From a virus (Duplodnaviria; Caudoviricetes): a stretch of 64,000 nt of DNA. A program made the position numbers and the translations under genes. The stretch's first letter is position 1; each line of letters starts with the position of its first letter. Below, piece after piece: positions 1 to 9,231 of this stretch. Location: the IMG/VR virus record IMGVR_UViG_3300011113_000415; one strand, given 5' to 3'. The notes below the pieces were generated by a model, which did not search any database, was not told the origin of the DNA, and worked only from the letters and a program-made list of their open reading frames with translations.

Positions 1-2
1 AA

Positions 3-230
3 ATATTCAAAAACCCAATCCGCATTGATGTGCGTGGGCGTCGGTTTGCAATCAACTCTGTGCAGTTCAAGACACAGTTAAAGGAAGAAGAACCTGAGGG
101 TCGTGTGTGGGAAGTAAAAGGCTCAAAAGGTGATATCTACAAGGTGTCAGAACTCAATGGCAATCTCTCTTGCACTTGCTCAGGATTCCGTTTCCGCGGT
201 GACTGCAAACACGTAAAAAGCGTGGCATGA
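3..230 (+). CDS. SWIM zinc-finger protein, 5'-truncated by window edge
   Basis: Frame open from base 3; CTCSGFRFRGDCKH matches SWIM CxC-xn-CxH. Confidence 0.7.
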   Translation: MFKNPIRIDVRGRRFAINSVQFKTQLKEEEPEGRVWEVKGSKGDIYKVSELNGNLSCTCSGFRFRGDCKHVKSVA

Positions 231-475
231 AATTTTGTTTTAGAGACGCTCCTGCATGGTTTACCAACTATGTGTGTGAAATTTATTTGGATGAGTTTCA
301 CACCTCGGTGCGAGATAAGTTTCAAGGCTCAGGTTTCGATCCTCAACTGCTGGATGCGGCTGTGGAATTTTTCAGCCAAAAAGGTTTTAGAGTGTGCTGT
401 ATCAATAGACAACTTTGGTTTGATATAGACGACTCAGCCGAAACCACTTGGCTCACGCTCAAGTACCAAGACTAA
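227..475 (+). CDS. Small hypothetical protein, divergent member of the C-terminal F..DA..F.L.W paralogue family
   Basis: ATGA overlap with upstream stop; ends WFDIDDSAETTWLTLKYQD. Confidence 0.6.
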   Translation: MKFCFRDAPAWFTNYVCEIYLDEFHTSVRDKFQGSGFDPQLLDAAVEFFSQKGFRVCCINRQLWFDIDDSAETTWLTLKYQD

Positions 476-476
476 C

Positions 477-908
477 TTACTTGTAGATGTAGTTGATGGT
501 GTCAGGATTTTCTCTGTAGACACCAGCACCATTTTTTAAATGAAAGCGTCGAGCCATTTCGGTCTTGGGGCTTAGTGTAACATAAGTGTCAATGCCGGGG
601 AACTCTTGCTTGATACTTTTTTGTGTTTCCACAATCAACTCACGCCCTGCCCCTGCTGTGTAACTCCAAATGGTGTAAAATACTGCGGTAGTAGCACTCC
701 CTACCAACTCGGCTAAGTCATCCACCGCCTCAGGAATAGACTGCAAGAACTTGACACAGGTCACTGCTTGGGTTTGGTCCCCATCCTTCAACATATAGAT
801 TCTGCTGTTCTCGTTCACACGTCGGGCCACAGGGATTTCAGGACGTACGGGATCGTCCTTGATCAGGGTTTCTAAATCCTCGGTGATGGTGGTGATGGTG
901 TGTAACAT
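477..908 (-). CDS. GNAT-fold protein resembling the malonyl-CoA decarboxylase catalytic domain
   Basis: TAVFYTIWS...GAGRELI...EFPGIDTYVTLSP resembles MCD TAIFYSIS...F.TLSP; minus-strand TAAATA at 938-943. Confidence 0.55.
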   Translation of the reverse strand: MLHTITTITEDLETLIKDDPVRPEIPVARRVNENSRIYMLKDGDQTQAVTCVKFLQSIPEAVDDLAELVGSATTAVFYTIWSYTAGAGRELIVETQKSIKQEFPGIDTYVTLSPKTEMARRFHLKNGAGVYRENPDTINYIYK

Positions 909-976
909 AATCTACGCCGTTAATGTTTATGCAAAGGTATTTATCACGACCTTTGTTACACTAAAATTACAGAGGT

Positions 977-1318
977 TTAGGCGTGGAGTTCTCGGTACCG
1001 AGCCATGGCTCTTGCTCGAGCCACTGCCAGTCTCACTTGAACATATTCAGACAACTCGTCATCGACTGAGTCGGTTGGTGGTGCTACCTTGGGACGTCGA
1101 CTCGAACTGGAACACAGAAAATCATCATCCGGTGCATCATAAGGATTGGTACCTTGCAATCGAATGGCAGTGAATCTGTGTGGATTACTACGTAATAGTT
1201 TGACTCTTGGCACTCGCGGAAGATGCGCCCGAACCGAGTGATCAGCACTTGCATGAACAGGCACCTGGGCCCAAGCGGTGACGGATACTATTGCGGCAAT
1301 GATCAAGAAGTGTTTCAT
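977..1318 (-). CDS. Hypothetical secreted protein
   Basis: Likely start MKHFLIIAAIVSVTAWAQ (signal peptide-like) inside ORF 977-1393. Confidence 0.55.
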   Translation of the reverse strand: MKHFLIIAAIVSVTAWAQVPVHASADHSVRAHLPRVPRVKLLRSNPHRFTAIRLQGTNPYDAPDDDFLCSSSSRRPKVAPPTDSVDDELSEYVQVRLAVARARAMARYRELHA

Positions 1319-1411
1319 GTGTATATATAACGCCTTGGCACCAGGAATGGTTGACTGATTTGGTAGTATCGCCAAACACAATTGTTTTGGCAAATGTTGT
1401 TCTAAAAAGCC

Positions 1412-1440
1412 TTGCTATTGCCAGCAAGATGCCTTATACT
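1412..1440 (+). promoter_or_regulatory. sigma70-type promoter
   Basis: TTGCTA-N17-TATACT upstream of ORF 1488. Confidence 0.55.
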
Positions 1441-1487
1441 TGTTGAATGCTGTACGCAACGGCTATTTTACATGAAAGGTAATTTAT

Positions 1488-1757
1488 ATGCGTTTTAATC
1501 CAGAAAGCAAAAGTTTCCGACTTTTCCAAGCACTCCGTAAAGGTGAAGCACTCACCGAAGCCCAAATCGCTCAGCGTTTTGGTTTGAAGAACCCAACTGC
1601 AACTATCTCTAGTTTGCGTTTGAACCATGGCGTCTGTATCTATGCTGATGAGCATTTTGATACACACAACCGTCGTACCGTCAAGTACGCAATTGGTAAG
1701 CCATCGAGAAAACTCATTGCCGCTGGATATCGCGCAATGACACTTGGCTTGGTTTAA
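1488..1757 (+). CDS. Small winged-helix DNA-binding protein
   Basis: GAAAGG SD; LTEAQIAQRFGLKNPTATISSLR helix-turn-helix followed by beta wing. Confidence 0.65.
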   Translation: MRFNPESKSFRLFQALRKGEALTEAQIAQRFGLKNPTATISSLRLNHGVCIYADEHFDTHNRRTVKYAIGKPSRKLIAAGYRAMTLGLV

Positions 1758-1775
1758 ACCGGTCTTGCTTTGAAC

Positions 1776-1804
1776 AAAACCCTGCTGACAGCAGGGTTTT
1801 TTTT
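1776..1804. terminator. Intrinsic terminator, potentially bidirectional
   Basis: AAAACCCTGCT-gac-AGCAGGGTTTT followed by more T. Confidence 0.85.
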
Positions 1805-1831
1805 GACCGATATTGACTTTTGCTGTATAAT
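1803..1831 (+). promoter_or_regulatory. sigma70-type early promoter
   Basis: TTGACC-N17-TATAAT; ATG at 1838 lies 6 nt downstream. Confidence 0.75.
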
Positions 1832-1837
1832 AACCAT

Positions 1838-2290
1838 ATGCTTAAAAAACTTTTTGAACGCTTGGGTCGGTACCGTGTGATCATGGACCGAGTGGACAAT
1901 GAACCTTATCTGGAACGCTACTATGTGTTTCTTAAGGATCGAGAACGATTCCCGTTCAACGTGTTTGTACACAAGTTTTTGAAATCAGACCCAGATGAGG
2001 TGCATGATCATCCTTGGTCATTCTTTACATTTATCTTGAAAGGTGGCTACTGGGAGTGGCGACCACAGTTCAATTCCAAGGGCCAAAAGGTCGGAGAGAT
2101 TGCCAAGTGGTGCGGCCCGGGAAGTTTCCGTTGGGCTCGAGCCACCAGTTATCACCGCATAGAATTGGATCCAGATGTGACCTGTTGGACCTTGTTCATG
2201 CCCGGACCAAAGCAACGTGACTGGGGATTTTTGGTCCAGAACCAATGGATACAGTGGCAACAATATCTAGCCAATCGTGCAAGTAAATAA
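1838..2290 (+). CDS. Cupin-like phage protein (HDHPW family)
   Basis: VHKFLKSDPDEVHDHPW...GGYWE...YHRIEL. Confidence 0.65.
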   Translation: MLKKLFERLGRYRVIMDRVDNEPYLERYYVFLKDRERFPFNVFVHKFLKSDPDEVHDHPWSFFTFILKGGYWEWRPQFNSKGQKVGEIAKWCGPGSFRWARATSYHRIELDPDVTCWTLFMPGPKQRDWGFLVQNQWIQWQQYLANRASK

Positions 2291-2308
2291 ACACAAGGAA
2301 TTAAAATT

Positions 2309-2695
2309 ATGAATTTGGAAACCGTCATTGCTACTCTGTTCACAGGATTGGGAGTTGGTGTTATATTATTCCTGCTGTTTGTTTGGGCAGTGGCCCGCAG
2401 ACTTCAGTTCCGAATGGACTCAGAAGTATCTGATATCATGGAAAAATTGGCCCAGGATCGCTTGATAGCCCTCACAGTAGAGGTTGACCAAAATCAGTAT
2501 TTTTGTTATAATAAGATTACCAAAGCATTTGTATGCCAAGGCCACAATTTGAAAGAAATCGTAGAAAGGTTTAGACTGCGTTATCCCAACAAAGCCGCTG
2601 CCATATATGACGGTGACGAAACAGCAGTTCAAACACTTAGAGCACAATTGAAAGACCTAGATGAAAATCTCAGTAGCATCAGACATCCATCTTGA
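2309..2695 (+). CDS. Hypothetical membrane-anchored protein
   Basis: AAGGA SD; N-terminal hydrophobic helix. Confidence 0.7.
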   Translation: MNLETVIATLFTGLGVGVILFLLFVWAVARRLQFRMDSEVSDIMEKLAQDRLIALTVEVDQNQYFCYNKITKAFVCQGHNLKEIVERFRLRYPNKAAAIYDGDETAVQTLRAQLKDLDENLSSIRHPS

Positions 2696-3506
2696 ATTTG
2701 GAGACTTGAACATCCGCAATGAACATAACGCTGATGTTCTGCTCCTGTCAGGAGACATTTGTGTTGCGGCCGACATTGGTCGCCCAGATCCACACGGCTT
2801 CATGGAAGGTGCTAGAAGCAATAGAATCACTGACTTTTTCAAACGATGCAGTTTTCAGTTTCCGCACACCATCTATATCTTGGGCAACCATGAACACTAT
2901 CACGGTAACTTTGCAACCTCTTACAACATTATCAAGAGCATGCTGGAGTCAAACCAGTTGAGCAATGTTCACCTGTTGGAAAAGGAAATTCGCGTGATAG
3001 ATGGTGTTACCTTTATTGGTGGCACGCTGTGGACTGACATGAATGCAGGTGATGAACTTACCTTGTATCACATGAAAAGCATGATGAACGATTTTAGAAT
3101 CATCAAAAACAGTGGTCATAGTTTTGCCTACGAGAACTACAGTAGCCGGCGGCCCACCTTCACACCCCAAGATGCCGCCGAAGACTTTGCAAAAATGAAA
3201 GGCTACATCCAAACTGTTGTTGAAGGTAACGCAGATAAAAAGTTTGTGGTTGTGGGACACCATGCACCCAGTCGTCAGAGTACTCATGAAATGTATAGAG
3301 ATGATACCATCATGAACGGTGGTTACAGTAGCGACATGGACGAGTTTATTGAGGCGCATCCACAGATTCGTCTGTGGACACATGGACACACTCATCACCC
3401 GTTTGACTACCAAATTGGTGAGACCCGTGTGTTGTGTAATCCACGTGGCTATGCAGGACACGAAGCAAGGGCAGACGAATGGCAACTGATAACCGTGGAT
3501 ATCTAA
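2661..3506 (+). CDS. Calcineurin-like metallophosphoesterase
   Basis: Motifs SDIH, GD, GNHEHY, HH, HGHTH. Confidence 0.9.
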   Translation: MKISVASDIHLEFGDLNIRNEHNADVLLLSGDICVAADIGRPDPHGFMEGARSNRITDFFKRCSFQFPHTIYILGNHEHYHGNFATSYNIIKSMLESNQLSNVHLLEKEIRVIDGVTFIGGTLWTDMNAGDELTLYHMKSMMNDFRIIKNSGHSFAYENYSSRRPTFTPQDAAEDFAKMKGYIQTVVEGNADKKFVVVGHHAPSRQSTHEMYRDDTIMNGGYSSDMDEFIEAHPQIRLWTHGHTHHPFDYQIGETRVLCNPRGYAGHEARADEWQLITVDI

Positions 3507-3685
3507 AATGGTTGCGTTACAGTGGTGTCAGCATCATTGTAACGCTTAATCCCTTGCATTGGCGATGGATGCCACAAGCACGTCGCGAACACAATACAGA
3601 GTGGCCCAGTCCCAACGAAGTCACTTACATGGCCAGTTGGTTGTTCGTGACCATTCGAGGTTGGGTGGATGATGGATCGTGGTAA
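3479..3685 (+). CDS. Hypothetical Trp-rich protein
   Basis: ORF in operon context; start uncertain. Confidence 0.55.
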   Translation: MATDNRGYLKWLRYSGVSIIVTLNPLHWRWMPQARREHNTEWPSPNEVTYMASWLFVTIRGWVDDGSW

Positions 3686-3837
3686 TGCGAGAGCATGCGA
3701 GTTACATTGTAATCGCTATAATGGTTGTGGTGTTGTACATCAACAACTCTGTAATGGGGGAAGATGGTGAACGTGCGGCCCTGGATCGAGTATGTAATTC
3801 AAGTGGATACTTAATCAAATATGAACAAGCAAACTAA
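3685..3837 (+). CDS. Small membrane protein (50 aa, not in ORF track)
   Basis: TAATG overlap; MREHASYIVIAIMVVVLYINN... Confidence 0.45.
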   Translation: MREHASYIVIAIMVVVLYINNSVMGEDGERAALDRVCNSSGYLIKYEQAN

Positions 3838-4093
3838 AGAGTTGGCCGAACAAGCAGGATTTGTTCTGGACGAGTTGCCAGACACAGTACTCCTACCTTT
3901 GGAAACATTTGCTGATCTACTTATAGCCGCTAATACTCGTGAAGTGGTTGCATTGTGTGCCAACACCATCAACCTCAACCTCAACGAACAAAAACAAAAA
4001 ACAAAACGCCGTTGGGATATTATAGAAGCCATAGTGATAATATTATTATTGATAGTCTGGGGCGCCTGGTGGTATTTCCGTTTGCACACGTAA
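3821..4093 (+). CDS. Hypothetical protein with C-terminal TM helix
   Basis: IIEAIVIILLLIVWGAWWYF. Confidence 0.6.
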   Translation: MNKQTKELAEQAGFVLDELPDTVLLPLETFADLLIAANTREVVALCANTINLNLNEQKQKTKRRWDIIEAIVIILLLIVWGAWWYFRLHT

Positions 4094-4103
4094 AGGATAA
4101 GAC

Positions 4104-4817
4104 ATGAAAGTATACATTTCGAAATATCGAGATCACTGGATCTCACCTTACACCATATTAGACTATGCGTTCTTCTGGACTGACTGGTCAAAGTGCAGTC
4201 GCGACCGGCGCATTCGCAGTCTTGAAGAAGAACGCAATTACGTGGAACATCCAGCATGGGTAGAACGCTGGAGCGACCGCCTTGAACCCGTCAGTCGAGC
4301 AATTCAATGGGTGCTAGATCGTATCCATCCCCCTATCAATTATGTGAAGATTGATCGTTGGGACACCTGGAGCATGGACCATACATTGAGTCCAATTATC
4401 CTTCCCATGCTCAAGCAATTGAAAACAACTCAGCACGGTGCAGGATTTGTTGACGATGAAGATGTGCCTGAGGAACTAAAAAGTACCAGCGCACCTGCCA
4501 AAGAAAACGAGTGGGACACTGATGCCAATCACTTTGCTCGTTGGGAATATGTGCTGGATGAAATGATCTTTGCGTTTGAATGCAAAGTAGACGATTCATG
4601 GGAAGAGGCTTTCCGTTCGGGCGAACATGATATTCTTTGGGTTCCTGTGGACAAGGATGGTAATGAAGTGCCCAAGGGCGAACACAAATTCTCCGAAATG
4701 AGACGTGGTCCCAACGACACATACAAGTGCGACTACGAAGGCATGCGAGTGGTTGAGGCACGTATACAAAACGGCTTCCGACTATTTGGCAAGTACTATC
4801 AAAATCTCTGGGACTGA
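4104..4817 (+). CDS. Phage hypothetical protein
   Basis: AAGGA SD; 237 aa; DRWDTWSMDHTL...LFGKYYQNLWD. Confidence 0.8.
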   Translation: MKVYISKYRDHWISPYTILDYAFFWTDWSKCSRDRRIRSLEEERNYVEHPAWVERWSDRLEPVSRAIQWVLDRIHPPINYVKIDRWDTWSMDHTLSPIILPMLKQLKTTQHGAGFVDDEDVPEELKSTSAPAKENEWDTDANHFARWEYVLDEMIFAFECKVDDSWEEAFRSGEHDILWVPVDKDGNEVPKGEHKFSEMRRGPNDTYKCDYEGMRVVEARIQNGFRLFGKYYQNLWD

Positions 4818-5293
4818 TGGCAGAAGAATCTAACAGTGCCAAGGGTAGAGACAGTTTTGATATCGCTACCGGTAACACGTTGGTGCATTTCTTTAACCGT
4901 AATGTTACACCTTACGCCACCAGTACTCTAGGTCCGACATTTGATCTAGTGCCTGTTGAAAAACAAAAAGATCTCATGATCAACCATGCTAGGATGTATG
5001 CCCAGCAGGAATATGATCGTATTATGGAATTGGTTGCAGTGCTACAAAAGCAAGCCGAAGATATCCGACGTAGACTAGAAGTTACTGACATGGTACATGC
5101 CGCAGAATATCAGTTTCAAGTGGTTATGGGCAACTGCTATTGGTTGGTATGGCATCGGAGATTTGAGAAAACTTTGTTGGTTGTGACCGGTCCTACGGAA
5201 TGGAATACTGGTACACCTGAAGATTATGAATACATAACGCAGGTCAAATACATGGGAGACCATACCTGGTTAGAGATTGACTCCGAATCCTAA
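4817..5293 (+). CDS. DUF2452-like protein
   Basis: Coiled segment then AEYQFQVVMGNCYWL, as recalled for this family; TGATG overlap. Confidence 0.5.
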   Translation: MAEESNSAKGRDSFDIATGNTLVHFFNRNVTPYATSTLGPTFDLVPVEKQKDLMINHARMYAQQEYDRIMELVAVLQKQAEDIRRRLEVTDMVHAAEYQFQVVMGNCYWLVWHRRFEKTLLVVTGPTEWNTGTPEDYEYITQVKYMGDHTWLEIDSES

Positions 5294-5305
5294 TCGTGTT
5301 ACAAT
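5277..5305 (+). promoter_or_regulatory. sigma70-type early promoter
   Basis: TTGACT-N17-TACAAT with TG extension; ATG at 5311 lies 5 nt downstream. Confidence 0.7.
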
Positions 5306-5310
5306 ACGAT

Positions 5311-5490
5311 ATGACTACCATAACTGTTGAAGGTGCCGATCGAGCAATCGATGCGGGCATATGGCTTAATGAACGACGTATAGACTATCAAATTGACATG
5401 GAGCAAGTTTGGACTAACACCGAGCCTCGATATCAATTTCAGTTTTCTAACACTAAAGACGCAACACACTTTGCACTACGCTGGCGATAA
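5311..5490 (+). CDS. Small paralogue-family protein
   Basis: Ends FQFSNTKDATHFALRWR. Confidence 0.7.
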   Translation: MTTITVEGADRAIDAGIWLNERRIDYQIDMEQVWTNTEPRYQFQFSNTKDATHFALRWR

Positions 5491-5493
5491 GGT

Positions 5494-5718
5494 ATGTTCG
5501 AGCATGAACTGCGCATAGAACAGGCCAGTCCTGACGATGGCATACGTTGGAACAGAGATCTAATGGCTGCCGGTCTAACACCCGAACAAGATTATGTGTG
5601 GCGATACCAGCCCAGCCAGTATGATAACTTTGGACTATATAATTCAGCGCCGAGAGCAGTGGTGTTTGAATTTCGAGATCCTGCCTTAGCGACCTTCTAC
5701 AGGTTGAAGTGGCAGTGA
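5494..5718 (+). CDS. Small paralogue-family protein
   Basis: Ends FEFRDPALATFYRLKWQ. Confidence 0.7.
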   Translation: MFEHELRIEQASPDDGIRWNRDLMAAGLTPEQDYVWRYQPSQYDNFGLYNSAPRAVVFEFRDPALATFYRLKWQ

Positions 5719-6536
5719 TACGAACAGCAATAGTCATAATATTTTTTCTAACCAGTTTCGCAACACAGGCTCGACCTAGACCACCAGAGCCTGAACCCAG
5801 TGTATGGTTGTACAATCAAACACAAGATCAAGTGGTGGTTGAACGCAACGCCTACCAAGTCAGGCCATTTGCCAGCATCACCAAACTGATGACAGCCATG
5901 ATTGTGATTGATCAAGACTGGAACTGGGAACGTAGGTTACCACTCAGCAGATTGGCCAGCAGTAGACTACCACCAGGCACATACACCAGACGAGAACTGC
6001 TGAATGCTCTCTTGGTCAACAGTGACAATGCGGCCGCCGAAACATTTGCCGCTGACTATCCAGGAGGTAGATCAGCATTTTTACACGCCATGAATCAACG
6101 TGCCTGGAACCTGGGTATGTATAGCACACAGTTTCAAGACCCCAGTGGACTCAGTTCGGCCAATGTTAGCAACGCAGGAGATTTAGGTACCATGATTCGT
6201 GCCGCAGGCGAGTACTCGATCATACGAGATATCAGCACACAATCGCACGTGGCAGTGGAAACTCACAGCCGAAAACGCACTAGAATGAGGGAACTCAACA
6301 ACACCAATGGTCGTGCATTGGGCATGATTGAAAATATTCAAGTGGGCAAGACAGGATTTACCAATCCAGCCGGATTCTGCATGGCCCTGCAGGTGGAACA
6401 GCAAGGCGAAACCTACGTGGTTGTGATTTTGGGTGCTCGAAATTCTGCCAAACGTCTTGACCTTGTGAAAAATTTGCTTTACAATCACACAGCGGAGTTG
6501 GTAGAAACTCCACCCAAACGACGTCGACAACGATGA
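5709..6536 (+). CDS. D-alanyl-D-alanine carboxy/endopeptidase (peptidase S11, PBP7/PbpG-like), secreted
   Basis: Signal peptide; SxxK (ASITKL), SxN (SDN), KTG (KTGFT). Confidence 0.9.
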   Translation: MAVIRTAIVIIFFLTSFATQARPRPPEPEPSVWLYNQTQDQVVVERNAYQVRPFASITKLMTAMIVIDQDWNWERRLPLSRLASSRLPPGTYTRRELLNALLVNSDNAAAETFAADYPGGRSAFLHAMNQRAWNLGMYSTQFQDPSGLSSANVSNAGDLGTMIRAAGEYSIIRDISTQSHVAVETHSRKRTRMRELNNTNGRALGMIENIQVGKTGFTNPAGFCMALQVEQQGETYVVVILGARNSAKRLDLVKNLLYNHTAELVETPPKRRRQR

Positions 6537-6751
6537 AACAACACATGTTGCCCGAAACTGCCAGGATGTTTGCCCAGTGTGTGCATCGAGTGGTAGCCAG
6601 TAATGACACTTTTGGTCTTGATACTATGCGTTGGCTCTATGATAACATACCCAAAACTGACGCAGGATTTAGACCCTGGATTAGAATAGGTAGAGAATTC
6701 AAGTTTGTCCACGAGCGTGATGCCGTGGCGTTTGCACTCAGATGGTCATGA
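6533..6751 (+). CDS. Small paralogue-family protein
   Basis: Ends FKFVHERDAVAFALRWS. Confidence 0.7.
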   Translation: MKQHMLPETARMFAQCVHRVVASNDTFGLDTMRWLYDNIPKTDAGFRPWIRIGREFKFVHERDAVAFALRWS

Positions 6752-6939
6752 CTCACACAGTAAGAATACCCTGGCGTAGGGGCGATACCATTTCCAAGTG
6801 GGACGAGGTATGCATCTGGGCCATTGAAGAATTTGGCTTGCCTGGTGATCGATACACCACGCATCCCACAGCAGATCACATGGATTTTGTGTTTCATGAC
6901 AGCCGAGACGCTATATACTTCAAACTACGATGGCTATAA
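6748..6939 (+). CDS. Small paralogue-family protein
   Basis: ATGA overlap; ends FVFHDSRDAIYFKLRWL. Confidence 0.7.
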   Translation: MTHTVRIPWRRGDTISKWDEVCIWAIEEFGLPGDRYTTHPTADHMDFVFHDSRDAIYFKLRWL

Positions 6940-7166
6940 CCTCTGTTGAAGACACAATACGACTGGGCGACAGTTTTGATCATGCCTGCAGAATTCAAAA
7001 ACGCTATGGCATACTAGAAGATATACTGGCCTGGTCTAAAGAAAATCTAGTGGCCGAATGGCGATGGCAATTGGTCAGTGTGAGTTCAGATGTCAGACCA
7101 GGTGATTATATTTTCTACTTTGACAGCGAGCGTGACTACTTGGCCTTTGTGATGAAATGGAAATAA
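6930..7166 (+). CDS. Small paralogue-family protein
   Basis: Ends FYFDSERDYLAFVMKWK. Confidence 0.7.
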   Translation: MAITSVEDTIRLGDSFDHACRIQKRYGILEDILAWSKENLVAEWRWQLVSVSSDVRPGDYIFYFDSERDYLAFVMKWK

Positions 7167-7174
7167 GTAAAAAC

Positions 7175-7477
7175 ATGAGCAATGAAACAGCAAAATTTTT
7201 GAATTCACGACGTAGACACAAAAATGACGTGGCAATTGCACGACAGGTCAAGATTGCTAGATCGCACAGCACCTACAATCAAACCAGTATCAGACAAACA
7301 CACAGATTGGCCAAACATCATGCCATGGACTGTGGCAATCCTAGATGTTATCTTTGTGGCAACCCACGCAAAACACACAAAGATCGACTCACAGCACAAG
7401 AAAAACGACTGTTTCAAGATCTAGAACACCCTTCAGACCGACACTCTAATGGTCTAGCCAAGGCACAAGATGATTGA
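7175..7477 (+). CDS. Basic hypothetical protein with putative Zn site
   Basis: HHAMDCGNPRCYLCGNPR; TAAGTA box at 7164-7169, 5 nt before ATG. Confidence 0.7.
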   Translation: MSNETAKFLNSRRRHKNDVAIARQVKIARSHSTYNQTSIRQTHRLAKHHAMDCGNPRCYLCGNPRKTHKDRLTAQEKRLFQDLEHPSDRHSNGLAKAQDD

Positions 7478-7679
7478 CATTGACACTGCCATGCAACGAA
7501 TCAAGGCCTTGAGCGAGTACGAGGTTCAAGTCACAGTGCCTGAAACATTTAGTTTTCGAGGTGCGATTCCTTGGGACATGCAGATCCTGGGCAATCAGGC
7601 CTTTGTCACAGTGATAGCACCCAGTTTGGATGAAGCACGTGACCGAGTGCAAGAATATTTCTATCGCAAGGAACAATAA
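7470..7679 (+). CDS. Hypothetical protein
   Basis: Overlapping operon ORF, 69 aa. Confidence 0.6.
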   Translation: MIDIDTAMQRIKALSEYEVQVTVPETFSFRGAIPWDMQILGNQAFVTVIAPSLDEARDRVQEYFYRKEQ

Positions 7680-7681
7680 CA

Positions 7682-7927
7682 ATGGACATGGATCAAGCGG
7701 CTGTATTTTTAGCCGGAAGTATACTAACAGCACTGGGATTTGTTGTATTTGTTGTTGCTATTGTCATAGTCAACAACATCATACATCGTTGGTGGAAACC
7801 ATTGGGTTGGACATTTGGATGGATAAGTGCGCCCACAAGATTTGCCACACCAGAAGAACTGGAACAAGCCCCAAAAATAGAACCTGTAATTGATAAGAAA
7901 AATGAACCGAAAGCAAAAACTAATTGA
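7682..7927 (+). CDS. Hypothetical membrane protein
   Basis: AAGGA SD; long hydrophobic helix. Confidence 0.65.
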   Translation: MDMDQAAVFLAGSILTALGFVVFVVAIVIVNNIIHRWWKPLGWTFGWISAPTRFATPEELEQAPKIEPVIDKKNEPKAKTN

Positions 7928-8114
7928 ACAGGCCGGCTTCAGTCGAACATTTGAAGCAGATAGATTGAATCACCTGATTGACCTCACAGTGAATCAATGT
8001 ATCATTGCCATCACCAACTCTTCACGAGATCACTGCCCCACAACCTACGATCAGGATCAATGGGCCAGTACCATTGAACGGTGCGTTCGCAGTGTAAAAC
8101 AACAATTTCGGTAA
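7890..8114 (+). CDS. Hypothetical protein
   Basis: Operon context; KLIEQAGF resembles ELAEQAGF in ORF 3821. Confidence 0.55.
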   Translation: MIRKMNRKQKLIEQAGFSRTFEADRLNHLIDLTVNQCIIAITNSSRDHCPTTYDQDQWASTIERCVRSVKQQFR

Positions 8115-8116
8115 GA

Positions 8117-8145
8117 TTGACAACATAATCCCATGGTGTTATACT
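8117..8145 (+). promoter_or_regulatory. sigma70-type early promoter
   Basis: TTGACA-N17-TATACT with TG extension; AAGGAG SD follows. Confidence 0.8.
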
Positions 8146-8164
8146 ATGACCAAAGGAGCAGGTC

Positions 8165-8500
8165 ATGGGCACAAGTACTTTTGTGGTGGTATGGGACAAT
8201 ACCGGTTTGGAATATGTGGGCAATGTCACTGAGGACGAGCAACGCCGTATGTGGGGCAAACTCAACGGCAAGCCTGTGTCCAGCCAACTGCCCAACGTAA
8301 ATCATCTCCTGCTCAGGGCTAGATACAACAGTCAACGTCATTATGAAATCTATTTGATCGCGGCCACAGATGGAATAACTACAGATGACATACGTAATAT
8401 GTTTGAGGCCAGCCCACAAACTGCCGCAGACACAATCCGCAGACTTGGTCATTGCTATTTTAGCGACCGAGTTCAAGAAGACCGTATGGTAATACGTTAA
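8165..8500 (+). CDS. Hypothetical protein
   Basis: 111 aa after promoter and SD. Confidence 0.7.
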   Translation: MGTSTFVVVWDNTGLEYVGNVTEDEQRRMWGKLNGKPVSSQLPNVNHLLLRARYNSQRHYEIYLIAATDGITTDDIRNMFEASPQTAADTIRRLGHCYFSDRVQEDRMVIR

Positions 8501-8505
8501 ACAAA

Positions 8506-9150
8506 ATGCCAACTCTACAACAAGTTTGTGATTATAATCAGGCCCATGTAAATTGGATCAAGATGTATTCAATGATTGATACTCTTGGTAAAACCATGAA
8601 CGGGCAAAAAGATCGTTTTGATAAAAGTGATCTCATTGAAATGGGTCTGGAGGTCTATAGCAATGGACAAATTAAACATGTAGATCGTGATGGAGTGGAT
8701 CACGAACTGGTGAACTTGTTGAATACAAAGGGCCTACCAACCACACAAGAAATGAAGTTTGTTAGCAGACTTTTTTACAAAGAGGTTGTGATCGAACGTG
8801 CTAACCGGCGTCGAGGAATTGAAGGCCGTAAAGAATTGCAACGATCAAGTGAACCTATTAACCTAAGATTGGTCAACTCGCGGGGAGAAAATACTCATAC
8901 AGCGTTGCCCGATACATACGCAGAATTTTTACTAGCGGCTGACAACAATAGTGTTCACGCAATTGAGGTTGCTACACTACTGCCGTATTTGGAATTTCCT
9001 GGTGATGGAATTGTAGCAGTCAACGTTCCATCAAACTTGTTTACACAGGTGATTGGCCCAGACGATATCACTGCCAGGCAGCCATTGGCGAATTTCAACT
9101 ACAAACAAGAGAAGTTGGCATTTCAAAGAAACTTTTTAAACAAGTTCTAA
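8506..9150 (+). CDS. Hypothetical protein, possible PD-(D/E)xK nuclease fold
   Basis: DGVD...QEMK spacing; assignment weak. Confidence 0.4.
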   Translation: MPTLQQVCDYNQAHVNWIKMYSMIDTLGKTMNGQKDRFDKSDLIEMGLEVYSNGQIKHVDRDGVDHELVNLLNTKGLPTTQEMKFVSRLFYKEVVIERANRRRGIEGRKELQRSSEPINLRLVNSRGENTHTALPDTYAEFLLAADNNSVHAIEVATLLPYLEFPGDGIVAVNVPSNLFTQVIGPDDITARQPLANFNYKQEKLAFQRNFLNKF

Positions 9151-9151
9151 G

Positions 9152-9169
9152 GTAACACTTTAGCATTAG
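9152..9169. promoter_or_regulatory. Palindromic element G-TAAYAC-N4-GYATTA (copy 1 of 5)
   Basis: GTAACACTTTAGCATTAG, 1 nt before the -35 box. Confidence 0.5.
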
Positions 9170-9170
9170 G

Positions 9171-9199
9171 TTGACAGGAACGGCCCAATTTGCTATACT
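9171..9199 (+). promoter_or_regulatory. sigma70-type early promoter
   Basis: TTGACA-N17-TATACT with TG extension. Confidence 0.85.
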
Positions 9200-9231
9200 A
9201 TACCCATGTTTAATTATTTGGAGTACAAGAT

